Shown here: positions 31,223-41,439 of the stretch, in pieces
Layout: each line of letters opens with the position of its first letter
Numbering within the stretch: position 1 is the stretch's first letter
Assembly: GCA_048213135.1 (NCBI GenBank)
Contig: PS015009.1
Coordinates: forward strand, 1,488,001-1,552,000
DNA: 64,000 nucleotides
Source: Reclinomonas americana ATCC 50394
Taxonomy: Eukaryota
Direction: 5' to 3'
Program-made: the position numbers and the translations under genes
The notes under the pieces: model-generated
The model's database searches: none
The model's input: the letters and a program-made list of their open reading frames with translations, nothing else
Told to the model about the DNA's origin: nothing

Positions 31223-34027
31223 ATGAAAAACATTGTATTGCTTTTTATGTGCACAGCCATATGCACAACAGCCTTTTCGCAGGCAACACTTAAGGGAAAA
31301 TTGATAGACAGTGCGGCAAAAACACCTCTGAGTTTAGCTACCGTAACTGTTTTTAAAGCATCGGATACAGCCGTTATTACTTACAGGTTAAGTAACCCTG
31401 AAGGAGATTTTAAAATCCCCGGGTTGCCATTTGATGTGAACTGCAGGGTTGTAGTTTCGTATAGCGGGTACAGCGGGTTCAGGAAAGAATTTACCGTTAA
31501 AAGCGATCAGCCTGTTTTAGATCTTGGCAATGTTTACATGTCACCCGCTTCGGTAGGAATGCAGGAGGTGGTTGTATATGCAGAACGGCCACCGGTCGTA
31601 ATTAAAAAAGATACCGTTGAATTTAATGCATCTGCTTTTAAAACATTACCCAATGCATTGGTAGAAGACCTGTTAAAAAAATTACCCGGGGTACAGGTAG
31701 ATAAAGATGGAAACATCATGGTTAACGGGAAACCTGTTAACAGAATACTGGTTGATGGCAAAACATTTTTTGGTGATGACCCAAAGATGGCTACACGTAA
31801 TTTGCCATCGCAGGTGATCGATAAAGTGCAGGTAACGGATGATAAAGAAGAGATGCTGCGCAATGGAGATGACAATCCGAATAACGTAGGCAAGGTGATC
31901 AATCTTACACTAAAAAAAGGGATAAAGAAAAGCATGTTCGGTAAGGCCTATGCCGGTGGTGGTGGCGGGCCGCAGGGCGGACGGTATGAGATGGGAGCCA
32001 TAGCCAACATTTTTAGAGATACCCTTCAGGTAAGTATAATGGGCTATTCCAATAACCTTAACCGCCCCGGCTTTAGCGTAACGGATATGCGGCAAACAAT
32101 GGGGCTCAACCGTTCGATCGAAACGATGGGGGGCAACTCTAATAACAACAACAATACCAGTAATTACGGTTCCTCCTTCAGCATTAATGATATCAATTTT
32201 GGAGGAGAATCACGGAACGGCGGTATTACAAAAAGTGATGGCGTAGGTATTAACATCAACCATTCGCCCAATAATAAGCGATCTGTCTACGCTCAATATT
32301 TTTATGGGCGTGTTCATACAGATGTGCAAATGGAGAGCAGGACCGATATCTATAAACAAGATACTGTAATAAGCAATTTTTCAAAACAGCGTTATACCGA
32401 AATCGGAAATTCGCATGTGTTTGGAGCCGGTGCAAATTTAAAACCCGACTCAACCATAAACCTCATCATTGGCCTGAACTATGTGATATCCGGAACCACA
32501 TCTGAAAAAAATGATGCCAGAAGCGGTGTTAATAATTTTACCGGGAACTTAAACAACGGTCTTGTAAATAATACAGGTGATCTGAAGACCAACATGTATA
32601 GCCATAATATAATGTTCACCAAGTTATTCAGAAGTAAAAAAGGGAGACGGTTGAATATTACGCATTACATGGGGTGGAACAAAAGAGACAGGGATGATTA
32701 TACTGATGCTGACATTACATACCAGCAGCCTGTTAGCAAAGATACCGCTTACCAGCAATTGCGTAATGAATGGGTACCAACGTGGACGGCTAACGTATCC
32801 GGTAATTACAGCGAACCACTGGTCAAAAACTTTTTCTTTAGACTGGGTGCACGCTACGATTATGAAAAACTGGATAACAGGGTTGGCACATTTGCAAATG
32901 GTACAAGTAGCCCCATCAAAGATCTGAGCAGCAGGTTTACCAGGGAAAGTAATAAGTATAGTATTTCCGGAGGAATTGAATACAGGTATAAAGGCTTTAC
33001 TTTCCGGCCGGGCATACGTTATCAATCGCAAAAATTTAATAACAATATATATTCATTAAATCAATCCATTACACAGGAGCAGCGCAATATTCTGCCACAG
33101 TTTGATTTTGTATATAAAAAGTTATCACTTTCATATAACCGGGATGTAGTGTTACCTTATTACACCAACCTGATACCGGCATTGAACAACAGCAACCCTT
33201 ATATGACAAGATTGGGAAATCCTAATCTTCAACCGGCATTACAGGACAGGGTTCGGATTACACTGAACACGTATAGCCCTAAAAGTACTTTGGGTGTATG
33301 GTCGTGGTTTGAAGCATCACAATCGAAAAATGTGGTAGTGGATAGCATTACGTTGGATCAGGGAGGGATACAAACAGTATACCCTGTAAATTCAAACGGA
33401 TATAAACGTGTCGCGGCTAATTTTGGATTGTACCAGAATAAAAGGAATGCAAAGAATTTTATGATTCCATGGAATTTTGGTACCTGGACAGAATATGTTG
33501 AAAATTATTTTTACTATAACGGAGTCCGAAGCCGGCAAAACAGATTGAACTGTAATTTCTGGAGTGGCATTGGATTGAATTGGGACGATAAGCTGGAGCT
33601 TAACCAGGAGTACTCCTTTAGTTACCGGTTTGTAAAGAATAGTAACCCTGGTTTTGAAGATATCAGAACATTTGGCCAAACCATCGGCACAGAGGTAATA
33701 GTACGTTATATCAAACACGTAATATTTGATACGAGATTTCGTTTGATCACAAACGACATGTTTGATGATCCGGCATTGAAAAAGATATATCTATGGAATG
33801 CCGCAGTGAATTTTACTTTCTTTAAAGATGAAAGAGCTGTATTGAGAATTAGTGCAAATGACATATTGAACCAGGGGAAAAATGTGTACATGTCACCTAA
33901 TCAGAATACGGCATTCTTTTCCAAGGGGGATGTTCTGGCGCAGTATTTTTTGGCAACATTTAATTATAATCTAAGGCCTGCCGGCGCAAAGAAAACAGCT
34001 GCGGGAGGAAAGTGGTCTTTGTTTTAA
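31223..34027 (+). CDS. Outer-membrane beta-barrel protein (TonB-receptor-like, carboxypeptidase-regulatory N-domain)
   Basis: Signal peptide, KKDTVEFNASAF, EDLLKKLPGVQVD, ILVDGKTFFGDDPK. Confidence 0.85.
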   Translation: MKNIVLLFMCTAICTTAFSQATLKGKLIDSAAKTPLSLATVTVFKASDTAVITYRLSNPEGDFKIPGLPFDVNCRVVVSYSGYSGFRKEFTVKSDQPVLDLGNVYMSPASVGMQEVVVYAERPPVVIKKDTVEFNASAFKTLPNALVEDLLKKLPGVQVDKDGNIMVNGKPVNRILVDGKTFFGDDPKMATRNLPSQVIDKVQVTDDKEEMLRNGDDNPNNVGKVINLTLKKGIKKSMFGKAYAGGGGGPQGGRYEMGAIANIFRDTLQVSIMGYSNNLNRPGFSVTDMRQTMGLNRSIETMGGNSNNNNNTSNYGSSFSINDINFGGESRNGGITKSDGVGININHSPNNKRSVYAQYFYGRVHTDVQMESRTDIYKQDTVISNFSKQRYTEIGNSHVFGAGANLKPDSTINLIIGLNYVISGTTSEKNDARSGVNNFTGNLNNGLVNNTGDLKTNMYSHNIMFTKLFRSKKGRRLNITHYMGWNKRDRDDYTDADITYQQPVSKDTAYQQLRNEWVPTWTANVSGNYSEPLVKNFFFRLGARYDYEKLDNRVGTFANGTSSPIKDLSSRFTRESNKYSISGGIEYRYKGFTFRPGIRYQSQKFNNNIYSLNQSITQEQRNILPQFDFVYKKLSLSYNRDVVLPYYTNLIPALNNSNPYMTRLGNPNLQPALQDRVRITLNTYSPKSTLGVWSWFEASQSKNVVVDSITLDQGGIQTVYPVNSNGYKRVAANFGLYQNKRNAKNFMIPWNFGTWTEYVENYFYYNGVRSRQNRLNCNFWSGIGLNWDDKLELNQEYSFSYRFVKNSNPGFEDIRTFGQTIGTEVIVRYIKHVIFDTRFRLITNDMFDDPALKKIYLWNAAVNFTFFKDERAVLRISANDILNQGKNVYMSPNQNTAFFSKGDVLAQYFLATFNYNLRPAGAKKTAAGGKWSLF

Positions 34028-34159
34028 GCGGTTGGGTGAGAAATAATTGATCAATCCTCCTGTCGTATCAGTGATATTTTTGTAACCCCCAGGCAAAAAA
34101 TGTAAGGCCCTTAGCCTTGGCTCGAGTATCACGAATCAAGGGGTTAAAGGCTCAATTAA

Positions 34160-34320
34160 TTGGCTAGATAATCGTCCCAAAAAAAGGGCTTAAAAAATTG
34201 AAGGTCTGCAGTAATGCAGGCCTTTTTTTGTTTTGATAAAGCTAAGGCCCGGCTGGCTAAGACATCCTGATCCTGGGATTGGAAAAGTCGTTGGGCCGGG
34301 TACAGAAGTGAGCTAAAAGC
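34160..34320 (+). repeat. About 160-bp degenerate repeat, copy 2 (highly decayed tRNA-like unit)
   Basis: GGCTAGATAATCGTCC...GGTCTGCAGTAATGCAGGCC TTTTTTTGTTTTGATAA...CATCCTGA. Confidence 0.7.
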
Positions 34321-34435
34321 TATAGGGTTTTTAACCATGAGTGCGGGATCGTTTTAACTGCATCAGTACGGTCTTTGCCGGTTAAACAGGTACCATTAGT
34401 TATTCATAATATAATTGATCCCGGGCGGGATTGGA

Positions 34436-34501
34436 ATGACCAATGTCATGGATAAGGTTGACCATAATTATGGATCTCTCCCTGTTCAAATACTAGGTTT
34501 G
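34436..34501 (+). promoter_or_regulatory. Tandem CRP/FNR-like boxes plus -7 promoter element
   Basis: ATGACCAATGTCAT (34436-34449), TTGACCATAATTAT (34458-34471), 22 bp, TAGGTTTG (34494-34501). Confidence 0.6.
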
Positions 34502-34533
34502 CTATAAGATCATTCACTATTTAAATATTTTTT

Positions 34534-34809
34534 ATGCAGCCCAAATCATTTTGCCAGAGTTGTACTATGCCTATCGACAATTCCGCAGACAGGGGAACAG
34601 AAAAGGATGGTACAAAAAGTGAGTTGTATTGCAGGTATTGCTTTAAAGATGGCGAATTCACAGACCCGGGAATGACCCTTGAAAAAATGACTACAATCTG
34701 TACAGATGAAATGAAAAAGCAAAATCTCCCGGCCGAAATCCTGGCGCAGTCATTGAAAATGCTCCCTTTGCTTAAGCGATGGAATACAACTAATACGACA
34801 ATAAAATAA
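34534..34809 (+). CDS. Putative zinc-ribbon protein
   Basis: FCQSCTMP...GTEKDGTKSELYCRYCFKDGEF. Confidence 0.85.
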   Translation: MQPKSFCQSCTMPIDNSADRGTEKDGTKSELYCRYCFKDGEFTDPGMTLEKMTTICTDEMKKQNLPAEILAQSLKMLPLLKRWNTTNTTIK

Positions 34810-34923
34810 TCATTTTCAACCGGCACATGTACCAGATGGACTTGCAGGAGAATGCATCATTTGGGTATGGCTATATCGGTAAAATATTTTTATTCTTAAC
34901 TACAAAAAACAAAGGAGGACACC

Positions 34924-35367
34924 ATGAACACATTAACTCTTTCCAAAGGAGGTGGCATGCTTTCACCCGTATTTGAAGACTTTTTCAAGCCCTGGAATGA
35001 ATGGTTTAATAACGGTAACCCAATGAGCCGTGCATTCCTTATGCCTGCTGTAAATATTACAGAGCAAAAGAATGAGTATCATTTATCTCTTGCCGTACCC
35101 GGTCTTAAAAAAGAAGACTTCAAGATTGATATTGATGGCAACATCCTCACCATCAGCAGCGAAAAAGAAGAGTCCAGGGAAGAAAAGGAAAAAAAGTTTA
35201 CCCGTAAGGAATTCAGTTACTCTTCTTTTAGCCGCAGCTTTACCTTGCCGGAAGAAATCAACCGGGAAAAAATTGAAGCCGGCTACGAAGATGGTGTTTT
35301 AAACCTTACCCTGCCGCGTAAAGAAACACCAGGAAAGCATTCTTCGAAACAGGTCGTGGTTAAATAA
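34924..35367 (+). CDS. Hsp20/alpha-crystallin small heat shock protein
   Basis: PAVNI, AVPGLKKEDF, FSYSSFSRSFTLP, YEDGVL. Confidence 0.95.
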   Translation: MNTLTLSKGGGMLSPVFEDFFKPWNEWFNNGNPMSRAFLMPAVNITEQKNEYHLSLAVPGLKKEDFKIDIDGNILTISSEKEESREEKEKKFTRKEFSYSSFSRSFTLPEEINREKIEAGYEDGVLNLTLPRKETPGKHSSKQVVVK

Positions 35368-35386
35368 CCAGGTAAAACAGGGCAGA

Positions 35387-35420
35387 GGCCCCGTCACACT
35401 GCTGGCGGGGCTTGTTTATT
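35387..35420 (+). terminator. Terminator after hsp20
   Basis: GCCCCGTCA...TGGCGGGGC then TTGTTT. Confidence 0.6.
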
Positions 35421-35531
35421 CAGAAGATGGTGCGGAATTGATTAAATCATTAAAAGATGTGAGAGGGATTTGTATTTACAGGAAAATAAAATATACACCC
35501 GCTCTCACCGGAAATTGACAGGAGTCTGACA

Positions 35532-37073
35532 ATGAAAAATAATAGTAAAGTCTTACTGATAATTTTTTGGGGTTTGATGAAAACCGGCATTTCTTATGGG
35601 CAAATAACTCCTGCCGGGTTTGAGCAGTATATCCGGGGCTCCGGGAAAATGTTTAAGGAAGAGCTCCGGGAATTTTATTCAGTATTGTACTATCGCCCGG
35701 CCTGGACAAGAGAACAGGACCTGGGTAACCTGGCGCTGCTGTTAAGGAATATTCAGGATGCGAAAGATATTGCGCTTGAACCCGGGGACTATGACGGAGT
35801 TTTCATTGAATCGGTAATAAAACACAGGAAAGAATTAACGACAGCCGAAGACACCATGGCGGCGGAACTGATCATCAGCTCCGTTGCATTGCGCTTTTAT
35901 ACAGATCTGGCTTCAGGCAATACAAAACCGGCACTTAGCTATACCGGCTTTACTGAATCTGCTGACACCAGAATTATTGACAGCCTTACGAATTATATCA
36001 GGAAAGGGAAGCTGGATCAACTGGCTGCCACCCTGAGCCGTGGCATCTCCGAGATCCCGATCCTGCAGAATAAGTTGCGCTGGATTCTTCTTGTCATGAA
36101 AGATACCGGTTTCAGGGAAGTGACAAATCTTACAGTAAAATCTGCCAGAGATAGCAGGCTGCTATCGCTGAAACTATTTCAGCTGGGACTTTCTGATAGC
36201 GCGGAAAATGACCTGGCCGGCGCATCTTTAAAACAAGCGATCAAAAAAGCGCAGCAAATGTTTGGTCTGCTTGCCGATGGGGTATTAAGGAGCACACTTA
36301 TACAGGAGTTGAATGTGCCGCTTGCAACACGTGTTCAGCAACTTAATTGCAGCATCAATTATTATCGCTGGCTGAATAAGCAGGTGGGCAGCCAGGCTGT
36401 AGTGTCGGTAAATATACCAGCTGCCTATTTGAAAGTTTATCATCGGGACACCGTAATCCTGGAAATGAAAATAGTAGTGGGCAAGCCATCTACACCAACC
36501 CCAACGCTTAGCAGCATAATAACTGAAGTAATATTGTATCCTTATTGGCATGTGCCATTCAGTATCGCTACAAAAGAAATATTGCCATTGATTAAAAAAA
36601 ATCCGGCATATTTAAATACTGCAGGTTTTCAACTGCTGGACAAGAACGGAAAAATCATTTCGCCTTCGTCGGTTAACTGGAAATCCATAAACAGGTCTTA
36701 CTTCCCTTATACGATACGTCAAAGTACCGGTTGTGACAATGCGCTTGGATTATTGAAGCTTAATTTTTACAATCCTTTCGGAGTTTACCTGCACGATACA
36801 CCGAACAAATACTCCTTCTCATTGAATAAAAGATACTTCAGCCATGGATGTATGCGTATGGAAAAGCCCATGGAACTGGGCCATATGATCCTGGGAAATA
36901 ACAGTATCGCTATTGATACCCTTGAACAGAAAGGCTGCCTGCGCAATCAGTCTCCTGTGATAGTACCTGCCCTGAACTGCATACCTGTAGTTGTTTGGTA
37001 CAATCCTGCGGGTACAGATGCACAGGGGCGAGTACTTTTTTATGAAGATATTTATAAAAGGTTCAGGTGGTAA
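35532..37073 (+). CDS. L,D-transpeptidase (YcbB/LdtD-like)
   Basis: VNIPAAYL, VVGKP..PTP, YLHDTP, SHGCMR catalytic motif. Confidence 0.9.
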   Translation: MKNNSKVLLIIFWGLMKTGISYGQITPAGFEQYIRGSGKMFKEELREFYSVLYYRPAWTREQDLGNLALLLRNIQDAKDIALEPGDYDGVFIESVIKHRKELTTAEDTMAAELIISSVALRFYTDLASGNTKPALSYTGFTESADTRIIDSLTNYIRKGKLDQLAATLSRGISEIPILQNKLRWILLVMKDTGFREVTNLTVKSARDSRLLSLKLFQLGLSDSAENDLAGASLKQAIKKAQQMFGLLADGVLRSTLIQELNVPLATRVQQLNCSINYYRWLNKQVGSQAVVSVNIPAAYLKVYHRDTVILEMKIVVGKPSTPTPTLSSIITEVILYPYWHVPFSIATKEILPLIKKNPAYLNTAGFQLLDKNGKIISPSSVNWKSINRSYFPYTIRQSTGCDNALGLLKLNFYNPFGVYLHDTPNKYSFSLNKRYFSHGCMRMEKPMELGHMILGNNSIAIDTLEQKGCLRNQSPVIVPALNCIPVVVWYNPAGTDAQGRVLFYEDIYKRFRW

Positions 37074-37119
37074 TACCGGATCTCTTTACACTGAGGATTA
37101 GTATCCACGTCCAATAAGG

Positions 37120-38050
37120 TTATTGCATCTTTATGTCTTTCATTAGTTTGAGCGTGTCCTCCAGGGTACACAATTCCGTCCCGGGGTGCAAAGTCGCGGC
37201 AGTACCACAGGCAACACCATACTGCAGTGTTTCTTTAAGGCTCATATTACGGGACAAGCCCATTACGATACCGGCTACCATGCTGTCCCCTGCGCCAACG
37301 GTACTTATACACTTTACAGATGGGGGAATCACCCTGTGCGTCTCCGTTTTAGTTACCAGCAGGGCTCCGCTTTCACCCATAGACACTACGAGGATATCGC
37401 AATTCTTGCTCATAATGTAGTTTCTTGCAATCGATTCCACGGTACCTGGATTAATGTTCTCCATTCCTGTAAGTACGGATAACTCGCTAAGATTGGGTTT
37501 TAAAAGATACACACCGGCATCTGCGGCATGCTTAAGGGCTTCGCCTGAAGCATCGACAATGAGCTTTGCCTGCTTGCTTTTAGCAATACGGGCCAGTAAA
37601 GTATAAATGTTGTCCGGTACTCCCGGCGGAAGACTTCCGCTCGCAATAATAAACTCAGGATCATTTTGTTTAAGCACCGCATCAAGGCAGCCCTGCCACT
37701 CTTTTTCTTCCAGCTGGGTACCCGGCATTCCCAGGCGGTATTGTTTACCCGCCAATTCGTCAAAAACAATGATGTTTTCCCTGGTTTCGTTCCTGGTTTC
37801 AATGACGACTGATTCAACCAATTCCTTTTGCATGAGATGACAAAAGTGTTTACCGGTATAACCACCGGCTGGAAATATGGCTACCGGCTCGCCACCCAGT
37901 TTTTTTATAGCTCTTGCCACATTAATACCGCCACCCCCGGGTTCAAGCTTAGGTGTTGAACATTTCAGTTTTTTTTTCTGGGATTAGGCCCGGGACTGAC
38001 GTACTCTTGTCTATACAAGGGCTGAAAGTTATGGTGATGATCGGTCGCAT
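37120..38050 (-). pseudogene. pfkB: PfkB/1-phosphofructokinase-family kinase, frameshifted at an A9 tract (or assembly error)
   Basis: ATG at 38050 gives MRPIITITFSPCIDKS; removing one A at 37969-37977 restores LKCSTPKLEPGGGGINVARA; C-terminal STVGAGDS motif. Confidence 0.85.
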
Positions 38051-38051
38051 C

Positions 38052-38867
38052 TTAGTGTAGTGTCATCACAGGAACATGACTATGAAGGATTAGCTGCTTG
38101 CTATGGCTTTTGAACATGATACGCTCCAGGAGATGATGAGGCTTGGGAAGTACGATCAGTAAGTCAATATTATGCTCATCAATACAATTAAGGATTGCTT
38201 CGCTGGTGTTATCAGACGAAATGAAATGGAACCTTGGGTTGAATTTTTTCAGTATATTTTCCAGCATCCCGGACTCAAAAACAGCTTCGGGATTGAGTGT
38301 ATCTTCTTTCCTGATATTGATTATGTGCAATTCTGCATTAAAGAAGGTCAGCAGCATTTTAACCCCTTCAACCGGTACAGTTTCGGCAACATTTTGCATG
38401 TCGCAGGCCAGCCCTATTTTCCTGATCCCACCGTATTTCGAACCAATAGGCACAGTTATTAATGGCCAGGCTAAATTTTTCATTGCGTTTATGGAGTGCC
38501 TGCCGTAGAGAAAGTGCTCGATCCCGGAGTTGCCATTGGCGCCCATTATCACAGCATATGGCTTCTGTTTTTCACATTCCATTTTTAATTCCTCGAAGAA
38601 GATCCCCATTCTTACCTCTGAGGCTATCTCTACTTTATTGAATGTTTTTGAACAAAGCTGGTCTTTTATCCTGCTCATTTCTGTGGCGGCAGCCTGTTCA
38701 AGCGCATCAAAATTTTCAACTGCAGGAACCTCTAAGTATGTAACCGGGATCTCAAACGTATGAAAAAGGAAAAGACGGGCATTAATGGCAAGAGCAAAGT
38801 CTGCTGCGTAATCTGCGGCACTAGCGGCGGCCTGGGAAAAGTCTGTGGCAAGAAGGATCGTTTTCAT
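38052..38867 (-). CDS. Universal stress protein (tandem Usp)
   Basis: KTILLATDFS, VIMGANG, LILHSHVPVMTL. Confidence 0.92.
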   Translation of the reverse strand: MKTILLATDFSQAAASAADYAADFALAINARLFLFHTFEIPVTYLEVPAVENFDALEQAAATEMSRIKDQLCSKTFNKVEIASEVRMGIFFEELKMECEKQKPYAVIMGANGNSGIEHFLYGRHSINAMKNLAWPLITVPIGSKYGGIRKIGLACDMQNVAETVPVEGVKMLLTFFNAELHIINIRKEDTLNPEAVFESGMLENILKKFNPRFHFISSDNTSEAILNCIDEHNIDLLIVLPKPHHLLERIMFKSHSKQLILHSHVPVMTLH

Positions 38868-38904
38868 CAGAAAATAGTATAAATGATGACGCTGTAATTT
38901 TTGA

Positions 38905-38970
38905 CTAAATTAGACGTATCGGAGAAACCGGGAAATGACAGGGGTCACCCGTCCGGCTGATTTTAAACAA
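38905..38970 (-). promoter_or_regulatory. CRP/FNR-like boxes plus -7 element for usp-pfkB
   Basis: ATGACAGGGGTCAC (38935-38948), degenerate second box 38957-38970, 22 bp to TAATTTAG on minus strand (38905-38912). Confidence 0.55.
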
Positions 38971-39076
38971 CTGCTTCAAACGGGCAGGTTTTATCTGCCA
39001 GATCCGTTCATTGCCTGCGGAAAATGCTCCGGGCCTGGTTGCTGTCGTTAGTAGGATTATAAATAATATTGTACGA

Positions 39077-39499
39077 TCAATGATCAATCTGGTATTCTTT
39101 GCCTGGTGAGGCCTTTATAATGCCGGCCAGCCCAACTATGATTAGTGCAATGCCCATACACCCAAGAATGGCATGGAAGTAGGAAAATGTCCTTATCAAT
39201 ATGATTTGTACGATGATCCAGCCTGTAAGAACAACTCCCTGCAACAGGACAAAAAAAGAATTGCGGTTTGTGTTAAAAAGGACTGCCAGCAGGGTGATTA
39301 TGCCAAATAGACCGTTAAAAATAAAAAGCACCAGGCCCGGAATAAAGAAATCGGTAAAACCGGAATGCTGAAGTAAAGTTATTGATAATCCCAGGCTGCT
39401 TCCGTCGGGGTATATTGTAAGGTTATAACCTCCGTATAATGCTCCAATAGTGTTAAAGAGCAATAATGACAGCGTAAAGATTTTCAAAGCTGGTTTCAT
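39077..39499 (-). CDS. Hypothetical 4-TM membrane protein
   Basis: Hydrophobic ORF, PDGSSLG...FFIPGLVLF. Confidence 0.75.
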   Translation of the reverse strand: MKPALKIFTLSLLLFNTIGALYGGYNLTIYPDGSSLGLSITLLQHSGFTDFFIPGLVLFIFNGLFGIITLLAVLFNTNRNSFFVLLQGVVLTGWIIVQIILIRTFSYFHAILGCMGIALIIVGLAGIIKASPGKEYQIDH

Positions 39500-40296
39500 G
39501 GGCTTGATTTAAGAGTCTTTAAAAATGACTGCAGTAAAAACACACTCACTAATGTAAACGGTATCATCAGGTATATTGCACGAAGACTATTTGCCAATCC
39601 TTTTATTGTTAAAATAACCTGGAGAAAAATAATGGTGAAGTCCATAAAAATAAAAAACACAAGCAACACGGGAGCAAGTATAATGCCGGCCCGTTTCTTT
39701 TTCAGCAGCAAAATGCCAGTAGTAATTATTGCAGGCAATACTATAGAGAGATCGAGGACCTGCACCCCGTTTGTGAACAGCCCGCTTTCCACGAGGCTAT
39801 GAGGTGTGGTGTTTTTCCAGGTTGCCGGGATAATTTCTGACAGCCACACCAGGCAGAACAATAACCCGGTAATGATAAAATAGATTCCTGTATAAAAACG
39901 AACAGTATTGCGAGGCTGGATAAAGCTCTGCCGCCATGAATCAATGATAAAGTAAATAAAGCCGTAAAAGGAGAAGCAGAGGCAGAGACAATAAACAATG
40001 AAAAGCCTGTTAAAGTGAATATCGAAGCAATAAATCGTGAAAGTATAAGCCACATACAACATACATCCGCCCCACATGACTGTAGCCGGCCGGTTGCGCT
40101 TTTGAGCCAGCCAGGCGCTGATGCCTATACACGGAGTCAGTACAAACAGGTTTATGATGTCCTGCCCGGTACTTTGTACCTGCCAGTTGATTTTTTCCGC
40201 GGCATAGAATGACGGGATAAGAAAACCGGAAATGCTGGCTATTGGTAATAAAATGAGAAGCAGGGCTGAAAACAATGGGATGATCTTGTTCTGCAT
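39496..40296 (-). CDS. Hypothetical multi-pass membrane protein
   Basis: About 8 TM helices; overlaps the next gene (ATGA); start placed at MQNKII. Confidence 0.75.
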   Translation of the reverse strand: MQNKIIPLFSALLLILLPIASISGFLIPSFYAAEKINWQVQSTGQDIINLFVLTPCIGISAWLAQKRNRPATVMWGGCMLYVAYTFTIYCFDIHFNRLFIVYCLCLCFSFYGFIYFIIDSWRQSFIQPRNTVRFYTGIYFIITGLLFCLVWLSEIIPATWKNTTPHSLVESGLFTNGVQVLDLSIVLPAIITTGILLLKKKRAGIILAPVLLVFFIFMDFTIIFLQVILTIKGLANSLRAIYLMIPFTLVSVFLLQSFLKTLKSSP

Positions 40297-40321
40297 GTTT
40301 TTTAAGACTGGTAAATATTGA

Positions 40322-40417
40322 CAAAGCAAAAAGATGTGCGTTTGCCTGCTGATGAGAAAGATCATAACGCCGGTTGATCCTGATCAGTGCATATCGTTGC
40401 CGTTGAAACTAAATTTG
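40322..40417. promoter_or_regulatory. Divergent promoter with two CRP/FNR-like boxes
   Basis: ATGAGAAAGATCAT (40352-40365) and TTGATCCTGATCAG (40374-40387); each 22 bp from a -7-like element (TAAATTTG 40410-40417; TTGCTTTG on minus strand 40322-40329). Confidence 0.65.
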
Positions 40418-40439
40418 CAGTATCAAAATCAAAAAGACA

Positions 40440-40907
40440 ATGCCTGAAATAGAAAAGCACAAGTATTCGTTTAGTGTTCAGTTGAACTGGCAGGGCGATC
40501 ACAAAGGTATATTGACAGCACTTGATGTGAGTGATTGTATACATGTTGCCACGCCTCCTGCATTTGCGGGTGATGCAGGGTATGTCTGGAGCCCGGAACA
40601 TTTGTTTTTAGGTGCGTTGAATAGTTGCTTTATGACAACATTTTTAGCTATTGCGGAAAAAAGAAGAGTCGCGTTTTCTCATTTTGAATGCAATACGACC
40701 GGAGAGATCGAACTCTCAGCGGGGCATTTAGTATTTACAAAAATTGACGTGTTCCCTAAAGTATTTGTAAAAAGTGAGGAGCAAAAGCCGTTACTTGAGG
40801 AGGTGTTATTAAAAGCAGGGAAGCATTGCATTGTCGCTAATTCTATAAAAACCGAAGTCAATCACCACGGAGAAGTACTGATAGAGAAACAGCACATTAT
40901 CTTATAA
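40440..40907 (+). CDS. OsmC/Ohr-family protein
   Basis: WSPEHLFLGALNSCFMTTF and KHCIVANSI (two Cys). Confidence 0.9.
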   Translation: MPEIEKHKYSFSVQLNWQGDHKGILTALDVSDCIHVATPPAFAGDAGYVWSPEHLFLGALNSCFMTTFLAIAEKRRVAFSHFECNTTGEIELSAGHLVFTKIDVFPKVFVKSEEQKPLLEEVLLKAGKHCIVANSIKTEVNHHGEVLIEKQHIIL

Positions 40908-40927
40908 TAGTTAAAATAAAAAAGTAT

Positions 40928-41308
40928 ATGCAAACTACGAGTGTAAGTAATATGGGGAATGACCATATTGAATGGAAAAGTAACCTTGGCTTCTGCCAGG
41001 ATGAACTAAAAATTTTTAAAGAGCGCCTTGATGAAGTTGCCGGGAAAAATACCGGCAAAGAAATCATGCAAATGGTGGAACACTTTCAAAATCAATTCCT
41101 GATACATTCAGAAGCCATCGATATTTTACTGCACGATATCAATGAGAACCTGGCACTGGCGGCCTCTGAGGCTGAACAAAGAGCAGGACATATTAGTAAA
41201 GATAAAATCAGTGTACATCACAGCATAGGGGAAAGAGTAGAAAACGAAATGCAGATTTTTAAAGACCTGAAAGGAACCTTTACTGCCTTTTTAAGCAAGG
41301 TGATGTAG
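40928..41308 (+). CDS. Hypothetical helical protein
   Basis: Clean ORF co-oriented with osmC; EHFQNQF motif. Confidence 0.7.
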   Translation: MQTTSVSNMGNDHIEWKSNLGFCQDELKIFKERLDEVAGKNTGKEIMQMVEHFQNQFLIHSEAIDILLHDINENLALAASEAEQRAGHISKDKISVHHSIGERVENEMQIFKDLKGTFTAFLSKVM

Positions 41309-41439
41309 CTACGGAAAGATTGTGCTGAGGGATAAGGGGAGGGTCTGAAATGCGTAAGATCATATGTCTCTGGATAGACTAATTCCGGTTTCAGTGACTT
41401 CATTTAAATACGGACGATACTTTAAATAAACAAATCACG

